DNA from: Chloroflexota bacterium
GTDB taxonomy: Bacteria > Chloroflexota > Dehalococcoidia > Lucifugimonadales > UBA3495
Direction of reading: 5' to 3'
Assembly (NCBI GenBank): GCA_022566155.1
Contig: JADFJS010000001.1
Location: 1 to 39,462 of the forward strand
DNA length: 39,462 bases
Part shown: piece after piece, positions 26,196 to 34,292 of the stretch
Numbering within the stretch: position 1 is the stretch's first letter
How the letters are laid out: each line of letters starts with the position of its first letter
Made by a program: the position numbers and the translations under genes
The notes under the pieces: model-generated
The model's database searches: none
What the model was told of the DNA's origin: nothing
What the model saw: only the letters and a program-made list of their open reading frames with translations

Positions 26196-26595
26196 CCTTC
26201 GGTCCCCATATTCCTTTGGCTTCCAAGAAATCCTCGTCGCTTAGCTCGTGGAGGTTCGCCCAAGCGTTGCGCATGTTTATCCGCTCCTCCCACGGGACTT
26301 CTTCCTTCTGTCCTCGCAGCGAGACCAGTTTCGCGCTGGGCTTGCCGTATCGGGTAATAACAAATTCCAAGCCAGGGTTCTCCTCAAGCAGCTTGAGGAT
26401 CTCACTGGGATTGGCTTTCAGCTCCCGCACGCCCACGCCGTCCCGCACCATGCCTTCTATCTTCCGTTGCATTTGACTTGATCCCTTTCCTTCAGTACTG
26501 GCATTCTCCGCGCAAAGATCGCAGAGCTTCCACCCATGCTTGTAGACTGGCGATTCGAACTCCCGTCCACAGTCATCGCAGTGGTATTTTAACAC
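26179..26595 (-). CDS. Phd/YefM-type antitoxin with N-terminal zinc-ribbon extension
   Basis: The core GVRELKANPSEILKLLEENPGLEFVITRYGKPSAKLVSL is Phd/YefM-like. The N-terminal 27 aa hold CDDC...x16...CDLC. GTG 26595 has GGAGG 4 nt upstream, which supports the long form. Confidence 0.75.
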   Translation of the reverse strand: MLKYHCDDCGREFESPVYKHGWKLCDLCAENASTEGKGSSQMQRKIEGMVRDGVGVRELKANPSEILKLLEENPGLEFVITRYGKPSAKLVSLRGQKEEVPWEERINMRNAWANLHELSDEDFLEAKGIWGPKDDPQS

Positions 26596-26724
26596 TGATC
26601 CTCCAAAGCGGCCATATTCTCAATAGCTTTGTGCTCTTATCTTGCATTTAAATAGTATCATTCCCGTCCACAAAATACCACTTCTATTCTATATTTTATG
26701 GCTATTTACACTTTGATATGCTGA

Positions 26725-28251
26725 CTATGACTCGAATCTGATTGTGACTCTATATGCGGTTGCATCGCCCTTAGTATTCGGTAGCACCCTGGCCCAGTTG
26801 GCGATACGGTAGCCCACCACCCATGCGATTCCGTATTCGGAAGTCAGGAGGGGCACGCGGTCCCGCCAGTTCCGCGGCACCCGGGAGTCGGTGAAAAAGT
26901 CCTGAAGTTTTTTGTGGCGGTCCATGCCTAATGGCTGGATCCTGTCACCTGGACGGCGAGAGCGCAGGATCAGTTCGCCGCCCAGGTTTGACCGGTCCAG
27001 ATATTCCGTCCATGAAATTTGTGGAGATATATCTCCCGCCGATGGTTCCTGGAGTACGAAGGAATTTGCTCCCGGTTCTCGCTGTTGCAAGGGTGCCAAG
27101 CTCGAGCTTACCGTCTGGATCGTGATCGTCCAGGGTCCAGCTCGAGTGACCTTTTCCTGTTCTCCCGCCATCGGCAGAACCACCCGGTAATCCTCCTTGA
27201 TGAGAGGAAAGGGGCAAGGGAAACCGGCGTCCTTTGACAGGAGCATGTTGTTGTACGCCAGGTGAAGCTTCAAACCGCCCGGTAGATCCAAAGTGACACC
27301 GGAATTCTTCCCGGTCGCGGCCTCTGTCATCGAAATTAGGTGGCTCTCCTGCAAGCGCCGCGTGTTTCCCATGAGCAGTGCGTAGGCCCGCCGCAGCACC
27401 ATTCTTTGCAGCAACGGGTGGAGAGATGTAAATTCGGGCCGCCGAAAGCGCACACCAGACTCCATCTCGATGGCCACCTGGGGCCATACCCTCTCCGTTT
27501 CCTGTTCAATAAAATCCAGCTCCTGGGCTGAAATCCGCGATAACCGCACCAACGAGTCCCTGACCCGCGGATTGTAATCCTCGGCCAGAAGTGGAAGAAG
27601 GTGGTTCCGGATGCGGTTGCGGGTGAACCTTTCCAGATAGTTGCCGCTGTCATCACGAAAGGTACGCCCCAATTCCCGGCAGTAGGACACCGTATCGGAT
27701 TTATTGGCCTCCAGCAACGGCCGAAATAGGGTCAGCGCCGGCGCTTGTGCTGGCCATGGCCACGGGGACAGCTCGGCCATGCCCCTCAATCCATGAAGGC
27801 CGGACCCTCTCAGGATATGTAGCATCACCGTCTCTGCCTGGTCGTCGGCGGTGTGTCCCACCACCACCGCTGATGCCCCCACATCGCTGGCCACCTCGGC
27901 CAAGAACCCATAACGTGTCTCCCGGGCGGCCTGCTCAAATGAGGAGCTGTTGGTGAGGTCACCGGCACGAGGGTGCCGCTTTACTATCGTCGATGGAAGG
28001 CCCATCTCTTCGGCCAAAGACCCGACAAAACGCGCGTCTTCCTCCGCCTCCTCCCCTCGGAAATTGTGGTTAAGATGGGCTACGTGCAGCCGAAGCCGGT
28101 GTCGCTCACTCAGACGGTGCAGGCAAAGCAGGAGGGCCGAGGAGTCCGGTCCACCGGATACCGCTACTACCAGAGTGGTGTCGTTGCCTGAAAAGCCACT
28201 GCGGCGCAGGGCTCCCGCCACCAGTAATTCCAACGTGGCGACGGGAGACAT
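26725..28251 (-). CDS. tilS: tRNA(Ile)-lysidine synthase
   Basis: PP-loop VAVSGGPDSSALL, a TilS substrate domain, and the C-terminal RRPGDRIQPLGM...KKLQDFFTD motif. Confidence 0.9.
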   Translation of the reverse strand: MSPVATLELLVAGALRRSGFSGNDTTLVVAVSGGPDSSALLLCLHRLSERHRLRLHVAHLNHNFRGEEAEEDARFVGSLAEEMGLPSTIVKRHPRAGDLTNSSSFEQAARETRYGFLAEVASDVGASAVVVGHTADDQAETVMLHILRGSGLHGLRGMAELSPWPWPAQAPALTLFRPLLEANKSDTVSYCRELGRTFRDDSGNYLERFTRNRIRNHLLPLLAEDYNPRVRDSLVRLSRISAQELDFIEQETERVWPQVAIEMESGVRFRRPEFTSLHPLLQRMVLRRAYALLMGNTRRLQESHLISMTEAATGKNSGVTLDLPGGLKLHLAYNNMLLSKDAGFPCPFPLIKEDYRVVLPMAGEQEKVTRAGPWTITIQTVSSSLAPLQQREPGANSFVLQEPSAGDISPQISWTEYLDRSNLGGELILRSRRPGDRIQPLGMDRHKKLQDFFTDSRVPRNWRDRVPLLTSEYGIAWVVGYRIANWARVLPNTKGDATAYRVTIRFES

Positions 28252-28260
28252 AATTGCCTT

Positions 28261-28878
28261 CTATCGATTCTCGGAAGAAAGGTGGGAGATGGAGTTGTAG
28301 CTAACCAGCCGCCGGCCCCTTTGATCGCTTTCGATGATACATATAGAGCTCAGGGCCAAGACCATGCGATGGAAATTGGACAGAGGCATCCCCAGAAGCT
28401 TGGCGACCAGGGTCCGAATCGCGAAGTTATGGGACACAATCACCAGAGAGTCGCTTTCCGAATGGGCTGCTTCCAGCTCAAGCCAGGCACTCCACGCCCG
28501 TTCCTGTAGCTGAGCCAATGATTCACCATTGGGCATTACAACCGTGGCAGGGTTCTCCCGCCAGGCAGCGTAAACGCCGGGCCAAAGGGAGCGCATCTCT
28601 TGGCCGGTCACACCCTCCACATCACCCAGATCCAGCTCCTTCAGGCCTTCCACCGAAACTATCGGCACGTCATCCAGCTTGGAGATCTCTCGGGCCGCTT
28701 GCATCGTCCGGACCAAAGGGCTGGAATAAACCACCGTGTGGCCCCAGTCCGCCACCGCCAGGGCCGTCTCCCGGGCCTGAGCCAGCCCCCTGGGGTTGAG
28801 GCCGATATCATGCCGGCCCAAAAACTTGCCTAGCTTGTTCCACTCGGTCTCCCCGTGGCGTACCAGCGCTACCTTCAA
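28261..28878 (-). CDS. histidine phosphatase family protein (phosphoglycerate mutase-like)
   Basis: LVRHGETEWN catalytic RHG motif and VIVSHNFAIR second His. The start overlaps the upstream stop (ATGA). Confidence 0.85.
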   Translation of the reverse strand: MKVALVRHGETEWNKLGKFLGRHDIGLNPRGLAQARETALAVADWGHTVVYSSPLVRTMQAAREISKLDDVPIVSVEGLKELDLGDVEGVTGQEMRSLWPGVYAAWRENPATVVMPNGESLAQLQERAWSAWLELEAAHSESDSLVIVSHNFAIRTLVAKLLGMPLSNFHRMVLALSSICIIESDQRGRRLVSYNSISHLSSENR

Positions 28879-30188
28879 CCTGAATCCTCATCTTGTTGGA
28901 CGGGTAGCCGGCGCAGTTCCACTTCATCTATTCTGACGCCGCTCATCGCTTTGACGGTCAATTTAAGGTCTCGGTATTCAACCGAATCCCCCTCCGAAGG
29001 AATGCGGCCCAGCGAGAACAGGATAAAGCCGGCAACCGTCTGGTAATCCCCCTCCGGCAGGTCCACTTCAAGCTCCTCGTTGATTTCAGAGATACCGATA
29101 CCGGCATCCAACCGGAAGGTGTCTCGGCCAATGGCGGTAAAGGGCTCCTCAGGAACGGCGCCTTCCTCGCCCACCTGGCCCACGATGACTTCCAGAAGCT
29201 GCTTCAATGTTACCAGCCCGGCGATGCCCCCGAACTCGTCCACGGTCAGAACCAGACCGTAGGCACCCTGCTGCATCTCCCCGAAAGTACTGCTCACGGT
29301 CTTGGTCTCCGGAACGAACAATGCCGGGCGCAGCAAGTTAGTTACGCTCTCATTGGGCTGGAGTTTCCCTTCGCCGAGAGCCAGCATCACATCCTTGAGC
29401 GATAAAACACCGAGCACGTTTTCCGTGGTGCCTTCATACACCGGGAAGCGAGTGTGAGCATGCTCCGAGTAGGTTGAAAAAAACGACTCCAGGGTCGAGT
29501 CCCGCTCGATCCAGAAGATCTCCGGCCTGGGGGTCATTATCTCCCTTACCTGACGGTCACCAAAATGGAAAACCTTCTCCAACATGGCGGCTTCGCCCTC
29601 ATCCACCGACCCTTCTGCCCTGCTGATATCGATCATCATCCGCAATTCCCCCTCGGTGATCGACGGAGACCACAGGCTTTGATTTCGACCCATCACTCTA
29701 AAGATCAAACGAGGCAGAAGGGTAAAAAAGTAGATGACGAATGTCTCAAAGTACATTATTACACTGATAGGGCGGGCCACTATCAGTGACCAGCGCTCGG
29801 AAGACGCCGCCGCCAAGGTCTTCGGAGTTATCTCACCAAATATCACAATGATTACAGTCATCAATAAAGGAGCTATTAGGAGCCACGATCCCTGATTATC
29901 GAGGCCCCAATTCTCCAGAAGTTTGAATGCCATAGCCGTGCCCATCGACGAAGCAAAAATTATGAATGCGTTCTCCGTGAGCAGGATGGTAGCGAAGAAC
30001 TTTTCGTGTTGGTCCAGGACGCGATTTATGGCGAGGGCCGACCTATTGCCCTGCTCGGCCAGGTATCGGATCCGAAACTTATTCACGGAAATTAGGCTCG
30101 CCTCGACGCTACTAAAGAAGGCCACCAACCCGATGCAAGCCACAAGGATGATAGACAAGATATATAGATTGGAGATACCTAATTCCAT
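28875..30188 (-). CDS. CNNM/CorB-type (DUF21-CBS pair-CorC_HlyC) membrane protein
   Basis: Four N-terminal TM segments, REIMTPR at the start of the CBS pair, and a C-terminal transporter-associated domain (GDSVEYRDLKLTVKAMSGVRIDEVEL). Confidence 0.88.
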   Translation of the reverse strand: MELGISNLYILSIILVACIGLVAFFSSVEASLISVNKFRIRYLAEQGNRSALAINRVLDQHEKFFATILLTENAFIIFASSMGTAMAFKLLENWGLDNQGSWLLIAPLLMTVIIVIFGEITPKTLAAASSERWSLIVARPISVIMYFETFVIYFFTLLPRLIFRVMGRNQSLWSPSITEGELRMMIDISRAEGSVDEGEAAMLEKVFHFGDRQVREIMTPRPEIFWIERDSTLESFFSTYSEHAHTRFPVYEGTTENVLGVLSLKDVMLALGEGKLQPNESVTNLLRPALFVPETKTVSSTFGEMQQGAYGLVLTVDEFGGIAGLVTLKQLLEVIVGQVGEEGAVPEEPFTAIGRDTFRLDAGIGISEINEELEVDLPEGDYQTVAGFILFSLGRIPSEGDSVEYRDLKLTVKAMSGVRIDEVELRRLPVQQDEDSG

Positions 30189-30610
30189 GGCTAGACCAGA
30201 CCTCCCAATGCCAACCCAGGTTCTTCCTGGACAATTATCTCAAATATCGGTGTCTCCGCGCATGCCGTCCATTCATCGTCCCTTTGGCCGGCACATGCGG
30301 TGAAATCGGAGCCTGTTGAATCGCTGGGTATGGAGACTGTTGGTTCCGCAAAGAGCAAAAGGGGATCCACAATTCGGGGAAAGTGGGGGCCAGTAGATGG
30401 CGGCATCATTCGGCTAGCTGAGGAGCTGACTATCGGGTGACCACGATGCCACGATGATAGCATCGGCTCTGAGGAGTGTAAAGTTGACGCCCATGGGACG
30501 TCCCCATATGATGGTGCCCAGACAAATAACGGCCTCGGTGGCGCTGCCCCTTACGGCACGACATTAACCCACCAAAGTCGATGTGTGAGCGGGTCATTGG
30601 TCCAGCGGAC

Positions 30611-31642
30611 ATGAAAATATTGGGCATAGAAACCTCTTGCGATGAAACGGCGGTGGGCATCGTCGAGGACGGCCGCCGCCTCCGGTCCAACGTCATCGCC
30701 TCCCAGACGGCGCTTCATTCTGTCCACGGCGGCGTGGTGCCCGAGGTGGCATCCCGCCAGCATATCAAGGACATTGTGCCGGCGGTGGAGCAGGCGTTGG
30801 CCGACAGCGGCTCCAACCTGCAAGACGTAGACGCCGTGGCCGTGACTCATGGACCAGGGTTGGCCGGCGCCCTGATCACGGGCCTCAACACGGCCAAAGC
30901 TATCGCCTTCGGCTTGAACGTGCCCTTGATTGGTGTAAATCACCTGGAGGGGCACATATACGCCTCCTGGTTGTCCCACGCCAACCCCGAAGAAGACCCC
31001 GGATTTCCCCTCGCTTGCCTTGTAGCCTCGGGAGGCCACACAGATCTACTCTTGATGGAGGGTCACGGCAGATACGAGTTGGTGGGCCGCACCCGTGACG
31101 ACGCCGCAGGAGAGGCCTTCGACAAGGCGGCGCGCATCTTGGGATTGAGCTTCCCGGGCGGCCCGGAGATCCAGCGGGTGTCTCAAGGGGCCAAAGGCCT
31201 GCAGCGTCTACCTCGGGCCTGGATGAAGGACACTCTGGACTTCAGCTTCAGCGGGTTGAAAACAGCTACCCTGCATCTGGCCCAGGAACAAGGTGTGTAT
31301 CCACCGGGTAGCGGAGGGCACAACCCCGATGAATTGGCCGATCTGGTCCGGGAAATCGCGTCGGCCTTTCAAGAATCGGTGGTGGAGGTAATATCGACCA
31401 AGCTGTTGCATATGGCCGAAAAATACCATGCCCGGGGCCTCATCCTGGGTGGAGGCGTCACCGCCAACGCCCGTTTGCGCCAGGAGATTGCCCGCATCTC
31501 CCCATTGCCGGTCATCATCCCGCCCCCTGTGCTGTGTACCGACAACGGCGCCATGATCGCGGCCTGCGCCTATTTCCAGTACAAACGCGGGCACCGGTCC
31601 GGCCTGGAGCTGGACATAGACCCAGGCCTTCCCCTGGGGTAG
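30611..31642 (+). CDS. tsaD: tRNA N6-adenosine threonylcarbamoyltransferase
   Basis: MKILGIETSCDETAVGIV, GVNHLEGH, and the Kae1/TsaD fold throughout. ATG 30611 matches the family N-terminus (track start 30581 adds 10 aa). Confidence 0.92.
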   Translation: MKILGIETSCDETAVGIVEDGRRLRSNVIASQTALHSVHGGVVPEVASRQHIKDIVPAVEQALADSGSNLQDVDAVAVTHGPGLAGALITGLNTAKAIAFGLNVPLIGVNHLEGHIYASWLSHANPEEDPGFPLACLVASGGHTDLLLMEGHGRYELVGRTRDDAAGEAFDKAARILGLSFPGGPEIQRVSQGAKGLQRLPRAWMKDTLDFSFSGLKTATLHLAQEQGVYPPGSGGHNPDELADLVREIASAFQESVVEVISTKLLHMAEKYHARGLILGGGVTANARLRQEIARISPLPVIIPPPVLCTDNGAMIAACAYFQYKRGHRSGLELDIDPGLPLG

Positions 31643-31789
31643 ATATCTCCCTGGATACACAGAGCGATGGCCAATTATTGATTTGGGTGCGGCCGCGCAA
31701 TTTCCGCGAGCGAAAAGCAGTTAGTCTAATCCCCAATGCGATACACAACTATCACAGGTATTAGAAAGCTAGAATACCTGATACTTGGT

Positions 31790-32410
31790 TCACAACTTAG
31801 GCGGGAAGGGTAGCTCCGGGCGCGGGATCGGGTAACCGCTACGTGCCTGCCGGGCGGCAAACACCGAGTTGACCACCGTGTAAATGTCCTGCCTGGCCCT
31901 GTCACTCTGATACGGAAAGTCAAACACCCAACTGCTGCCCTGAAATATCACCGAGCCATCCTCTTTGCCAAAGTAATACCGGATGATCAGTCCAAGCCCA
32001 ACCAATACCACGATCAAGACCATCATAGATCCCCAGGAAATGCCAAGCACCGGGACCTCCCCTCCCGTGAATCGTCCGGTGAGCCAGTATGCCACCGCCA
32101 GATAGAGGAAGATTGCCCCTATTATCAGCAGCAACCCTTGAAACATAGAGCTGTAGTTAAGGTCCGTGGTTTTTACCGCCACACCCTTCAGCTCTTCTAT
32201 GGGCACCAGGTAGGTTTCATTGCGATCATCGTCTCTGGAGAACGCCAGTATTCGCTGGTTTGTAGTGATCAACATCTTGCCCCGGACAGGCGGCTCCTGG
32301 GTAATCCCCAGGTCAGGACAGAACACCTGAATAATCCCTTCGCCGGATAATAATGCCACTCTCCGCACATGGGTGATGTAGCTTTTTTGTCCAGGTATGC
32401 CGCTATTCAA
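31790..32410 (-). CDS. hypothetical membrane protein with PH/GRAM-like N-terminal segment and two TM helices
   Basis: TTG start with GGAGGG 5 nt upstream. GKMLITTNQRILAFSRDD...LVPIEELKGVAV resembles a bacterial PH-like strand pattern. Hydrophobic spans are LLLIIGAIFLYLAVAYWL and MMVLIVVLVGLGLII. Confidence 0.55.
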   Translation of the reverse strand: MNSGIPGQKSYITHVRRVALLSGEGIIQVFCPDLGITQEPPVRGKMLITTNQRILAFSRDDDRNETYLVPIEELKGVAVKTTDLNYSSMFQGLLLIIGAIFLYLAVAYWLTGRFTGGEVPVLGISWGSMMVLIVVLVGLGLIIRYYFGKEDGSVIFQGSSWVFDFPYQSDRARQDIYTVVNSVFAARQARSGYPIPRPELPFPPKL

Positions 32411-32544
32411 TAAGACCCTCCACTCATCATAGTAACATTATACCTTGGGTCCGCTCCCGATAGGCCGGCTTCCGGTTGAAGGCCAATCTATTCGCTTTCA
32501 TTGTCAATGTTTAGTACTCCCGGCGTTCGTTGAAATCACGCTAT

Positions 32545-33741
32545 ATGGGCTGGGCTGAAGATATCGATTTGCCCGCCATCTTCCAGGCGATTTCCTCAAA
32601 CCGGGAAGCGCTGGAGGTGGTCGAACAGCTCAATGAGACAATTAGCTTCGGCAACTCAGCCTTATCACGGATGCAGGAGGAAGCCATCGCGACCGTGGTG
32701 GCCGTTGCCAACCGGTGCACCTACGGCGCTCTAACTCACGGAGGGTTCTTCCGCCGGCATTCCGGTGACGGGAAACTGGCCAGCCATCTTCTAGACGACT
32801 ACTCAGTCGCCGACCTGGACCCACGGGATCTCCTGATGCTGGATTTCGCCGTACGCTTAACCCGGGAACCCGGTTCCCTCACCACCTCGGACTTGGAAGG
32901 GCTGCGGCGAGCCGGCTTTGACCAAAAAGCAATCGTTTCCATCGTACTCATTACCTGCTTGTCTAATTTCATGAACCGTCTTGCCACCAGTTTTGGGGTG
33001 GAGGTGCCGCCCAGTTACCGTAAAGTGGTGAAGTCTTGGCTTAGCGGTCCCGCCGCACAAGAGAGCTGGCTGCTCCCGCCGGATGAGTTCCAGCCCGACG
33101 CGGCCTCCGCCCGCAAGTTGGGGATAGATATTCCCCGCAGCTGGCAAAAACCTGCCGGGCCGAGCCAGCCCCGTCAGCGCCAACAGGACGCGGAGCAGGA
33201 ACCATCAAGCGGCCAGCAAGATCCTGCCGGGCAGGGCCGGCCTCAACAGCGCCAACAGGACGCGGAGCAGGAACCACCGCGCGGCCAGCAATCAGGTACG
33301 CAAGGGAGCCCGCGCGGTGGAGAACAACAAGACCGTGGAGATTCTGACTACAGCACAGACAAACTTGAAACCGGAGAAGGTCTCTCAGCAATGGACCAAC
33401 CAGACATTCAGCAGGGTCCCTCCGGCGGCGGTTGGCAAGACCTGGAGACGGATGTTTTCCAATTCGTGCAAGAGAGCGACGAAGAATTGGACAACCAGGG
33501 CCCTCAGGAACCACTGCCAAGCCTAGATCGATTCATTTCCGACTGCTGTAATGTGGCGTCCGGTGAGTCAACCACGGCCCGCGACCTGTACATCAGCTAT
33601 CTAAGGTGGAGCGACGACAACGGGGAACACGCCCTGTTACAGCGTAACTTCGGCATTCAGCTAGCCCAGTTGGGATTCAGACGCCGCCGGCGCAGCGGTG
33701 GCCGCCACTGGTGGCAGGGCATCAGCCTGCAGGGCCAGTAA
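32545..33741 (+). CDS. AhpD/CMD-like (peroxidase-related) domain fused via a Q/P-rich linker to a P4/D5-primase C-terminal-type domain
   Basis: The N-terminal ~160 aa contain EEAIATVVAVANRCTYGALTHG (the CMD-family CxxC position reads C-T-Y-G). The linker is PAGPSQPRQRQQDAEQEP... The C-terminal LDRFISDCCNVASGESTTARDLYISYLRWSDDNGEHALLQRNFGIQLAQLGFRRRRRSGGRHWWQGISL matches the C-terminal tail of P4-family primases. Start is uncertain (ATG 32545 or TTG 32530), with no clear SD. Confidence 0.7.
   Translation: MGWAEDIDLPAIFQAISSNREALEVVEQLNETISFGNSALSRMQEEAIATVVAVANRCTYGALTHGGFFRRHSGDGKLASHLLDDYSVADLDPRDLLMLDFAVRLTREPGSLTTSDLEGLRRAGFDQKAIVSIVLITCLSNFMNRLATSFGVEVPPSYRKVVKSWLSGPAAQESWLLPPDEFQPDAASARKLGIDIPRSWQKPAGPSQPRQRQQDAEQEPSSGQQDPAGQGRPQQRQQDAEQEPPRGQQSGTQGSPRGGEQQDRGDSDYSTDKLETGEGLSAMDQPDIQQGPSGGGWQDLETDVFQFVQESDEELDNQGPQEPLPSLDRFISDCCNVASGESTTARDLYISYLRWSDDNGEHALLQRNFGIQLAQLGFRRRRRSGGRHWWQGISLQGQ
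33151..33294 (+). repeat. 72-bp x 2 in-frame tandem duplication inside the linker
   Basis: Units 33151..33222 and 33223..33294 share CCTGCCGGGC at their 5' ends and an identical 30-mer CAGCGCCAACAGGACGCGGAGCAGGAACCA (33175..33204 and 33247..33276), followed by GCGGCCAGCAA. Confidence 0.85.
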
Positions 33742-33839
33742 CAGCGCAACGCGGGTAAAGTAAACGCCATGGCAAGTGAAGACCAATAAGCAAGAATCAT
33801 TTTCGGGCGCATTCTGGCCCACAACCCATGCCAACGATA

Positions 33840-33868
33840 TTGACAGAAAATAAGCCGATGTGATACGT
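33840..33868 (+). promoter_or_regulatory. candidate promoter for the second T-box leader
   Basis: TTGACA (33840..33845), then TGTGATACG 17-18 nt downstream (TG-extended but with a weak -10). Confidence 0.3.
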
Positions 33869-33884
33869 TTTTAGTACTAAAGGC

Positions 33885-34151
33885 TATGATGGAGACGAGT
33901 AGCTAAGGGTAGGCACCAAGCGAGCCTGGTCTGGTGGAAGCAGGTGTGCCGAGCTTAAGTGAAAATCCCTCCGGAGCCGCCAGCTGAACCCTACCCCTTG
34001 AGGGCAGGTAAGCCGGGCCGGGGTCGTCGCCCGTTAACAACGACGGGGCATGTTGGTGTCCTGATAGAGTGGTCCGCCTGAGGCGGACAAATAGGGTGGT
34101 ACCGCGGGAACGTAAAAATCCCGTCCCTATGGGGGACGGGATTTATTTTTT
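33885..34151 (+). promoter_or_regulatory. T-box riboswitch leader, apparent Ile (AUC) specifier
   Basis: GGAG (33891..33894) pairs with CUCC (33969..33972). AGUA is at 33898..33901, the AG bulge AGCGA at 33919..33923, and the distal loop GGUGGAAG at 33933..33940. The specifier loop 3' side reads GAAA-AUC-C. F-box CCGTTA is at 34031..34036, the T-box motif GGGTGGTACCGCG at 34094..34106, and a terminator follows. Confidence 0.85.
34116..34151 (+). terminator. intrinsic terminator of the second T-box leader
   Basis: Perfect 12-bp stem AAATCCCGTCCC / GGGACGGGATTT, loop TATGG, followed by ATTTTTT. Confidence 0.85.
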
Positions 34152-34292
34152 GTCACGCGGCGGATCTCCCGATGCCTTTCCAGGCAGAGAAGGACAGCGG
34201 CCCCCCAACGGCTTAGCGCCGGGTGACGAGAACCGGCACATCAAACTCAACGCGCCGGCCAACCATGGGACGGCAAGGCCTCGGAGGTCGTT

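Noticed and set aside
30189-30610. Reverse ORFs 30191..30463 and 30430..30696, plus an imperfect long-range hairpin (about 30256..30300), in the divergent CNNM/tsaD intergenic region
   Set aside because: The ORF products look random and overlap the tsaD start. The hairpin has two mismatches and no recognisable RNA-family features. I treat the region as a divergent promoter region.
31755-31780. Hairpin CAGGTATT-N10-AATACCTG between tsaD and the convergent membrane-protein gene as a terminator
   Set aside because: The stem is an AT-rich 8 bp with a 10-nt loop and no U-tract on either strand. It is plausible but not supportable as a terminator call.
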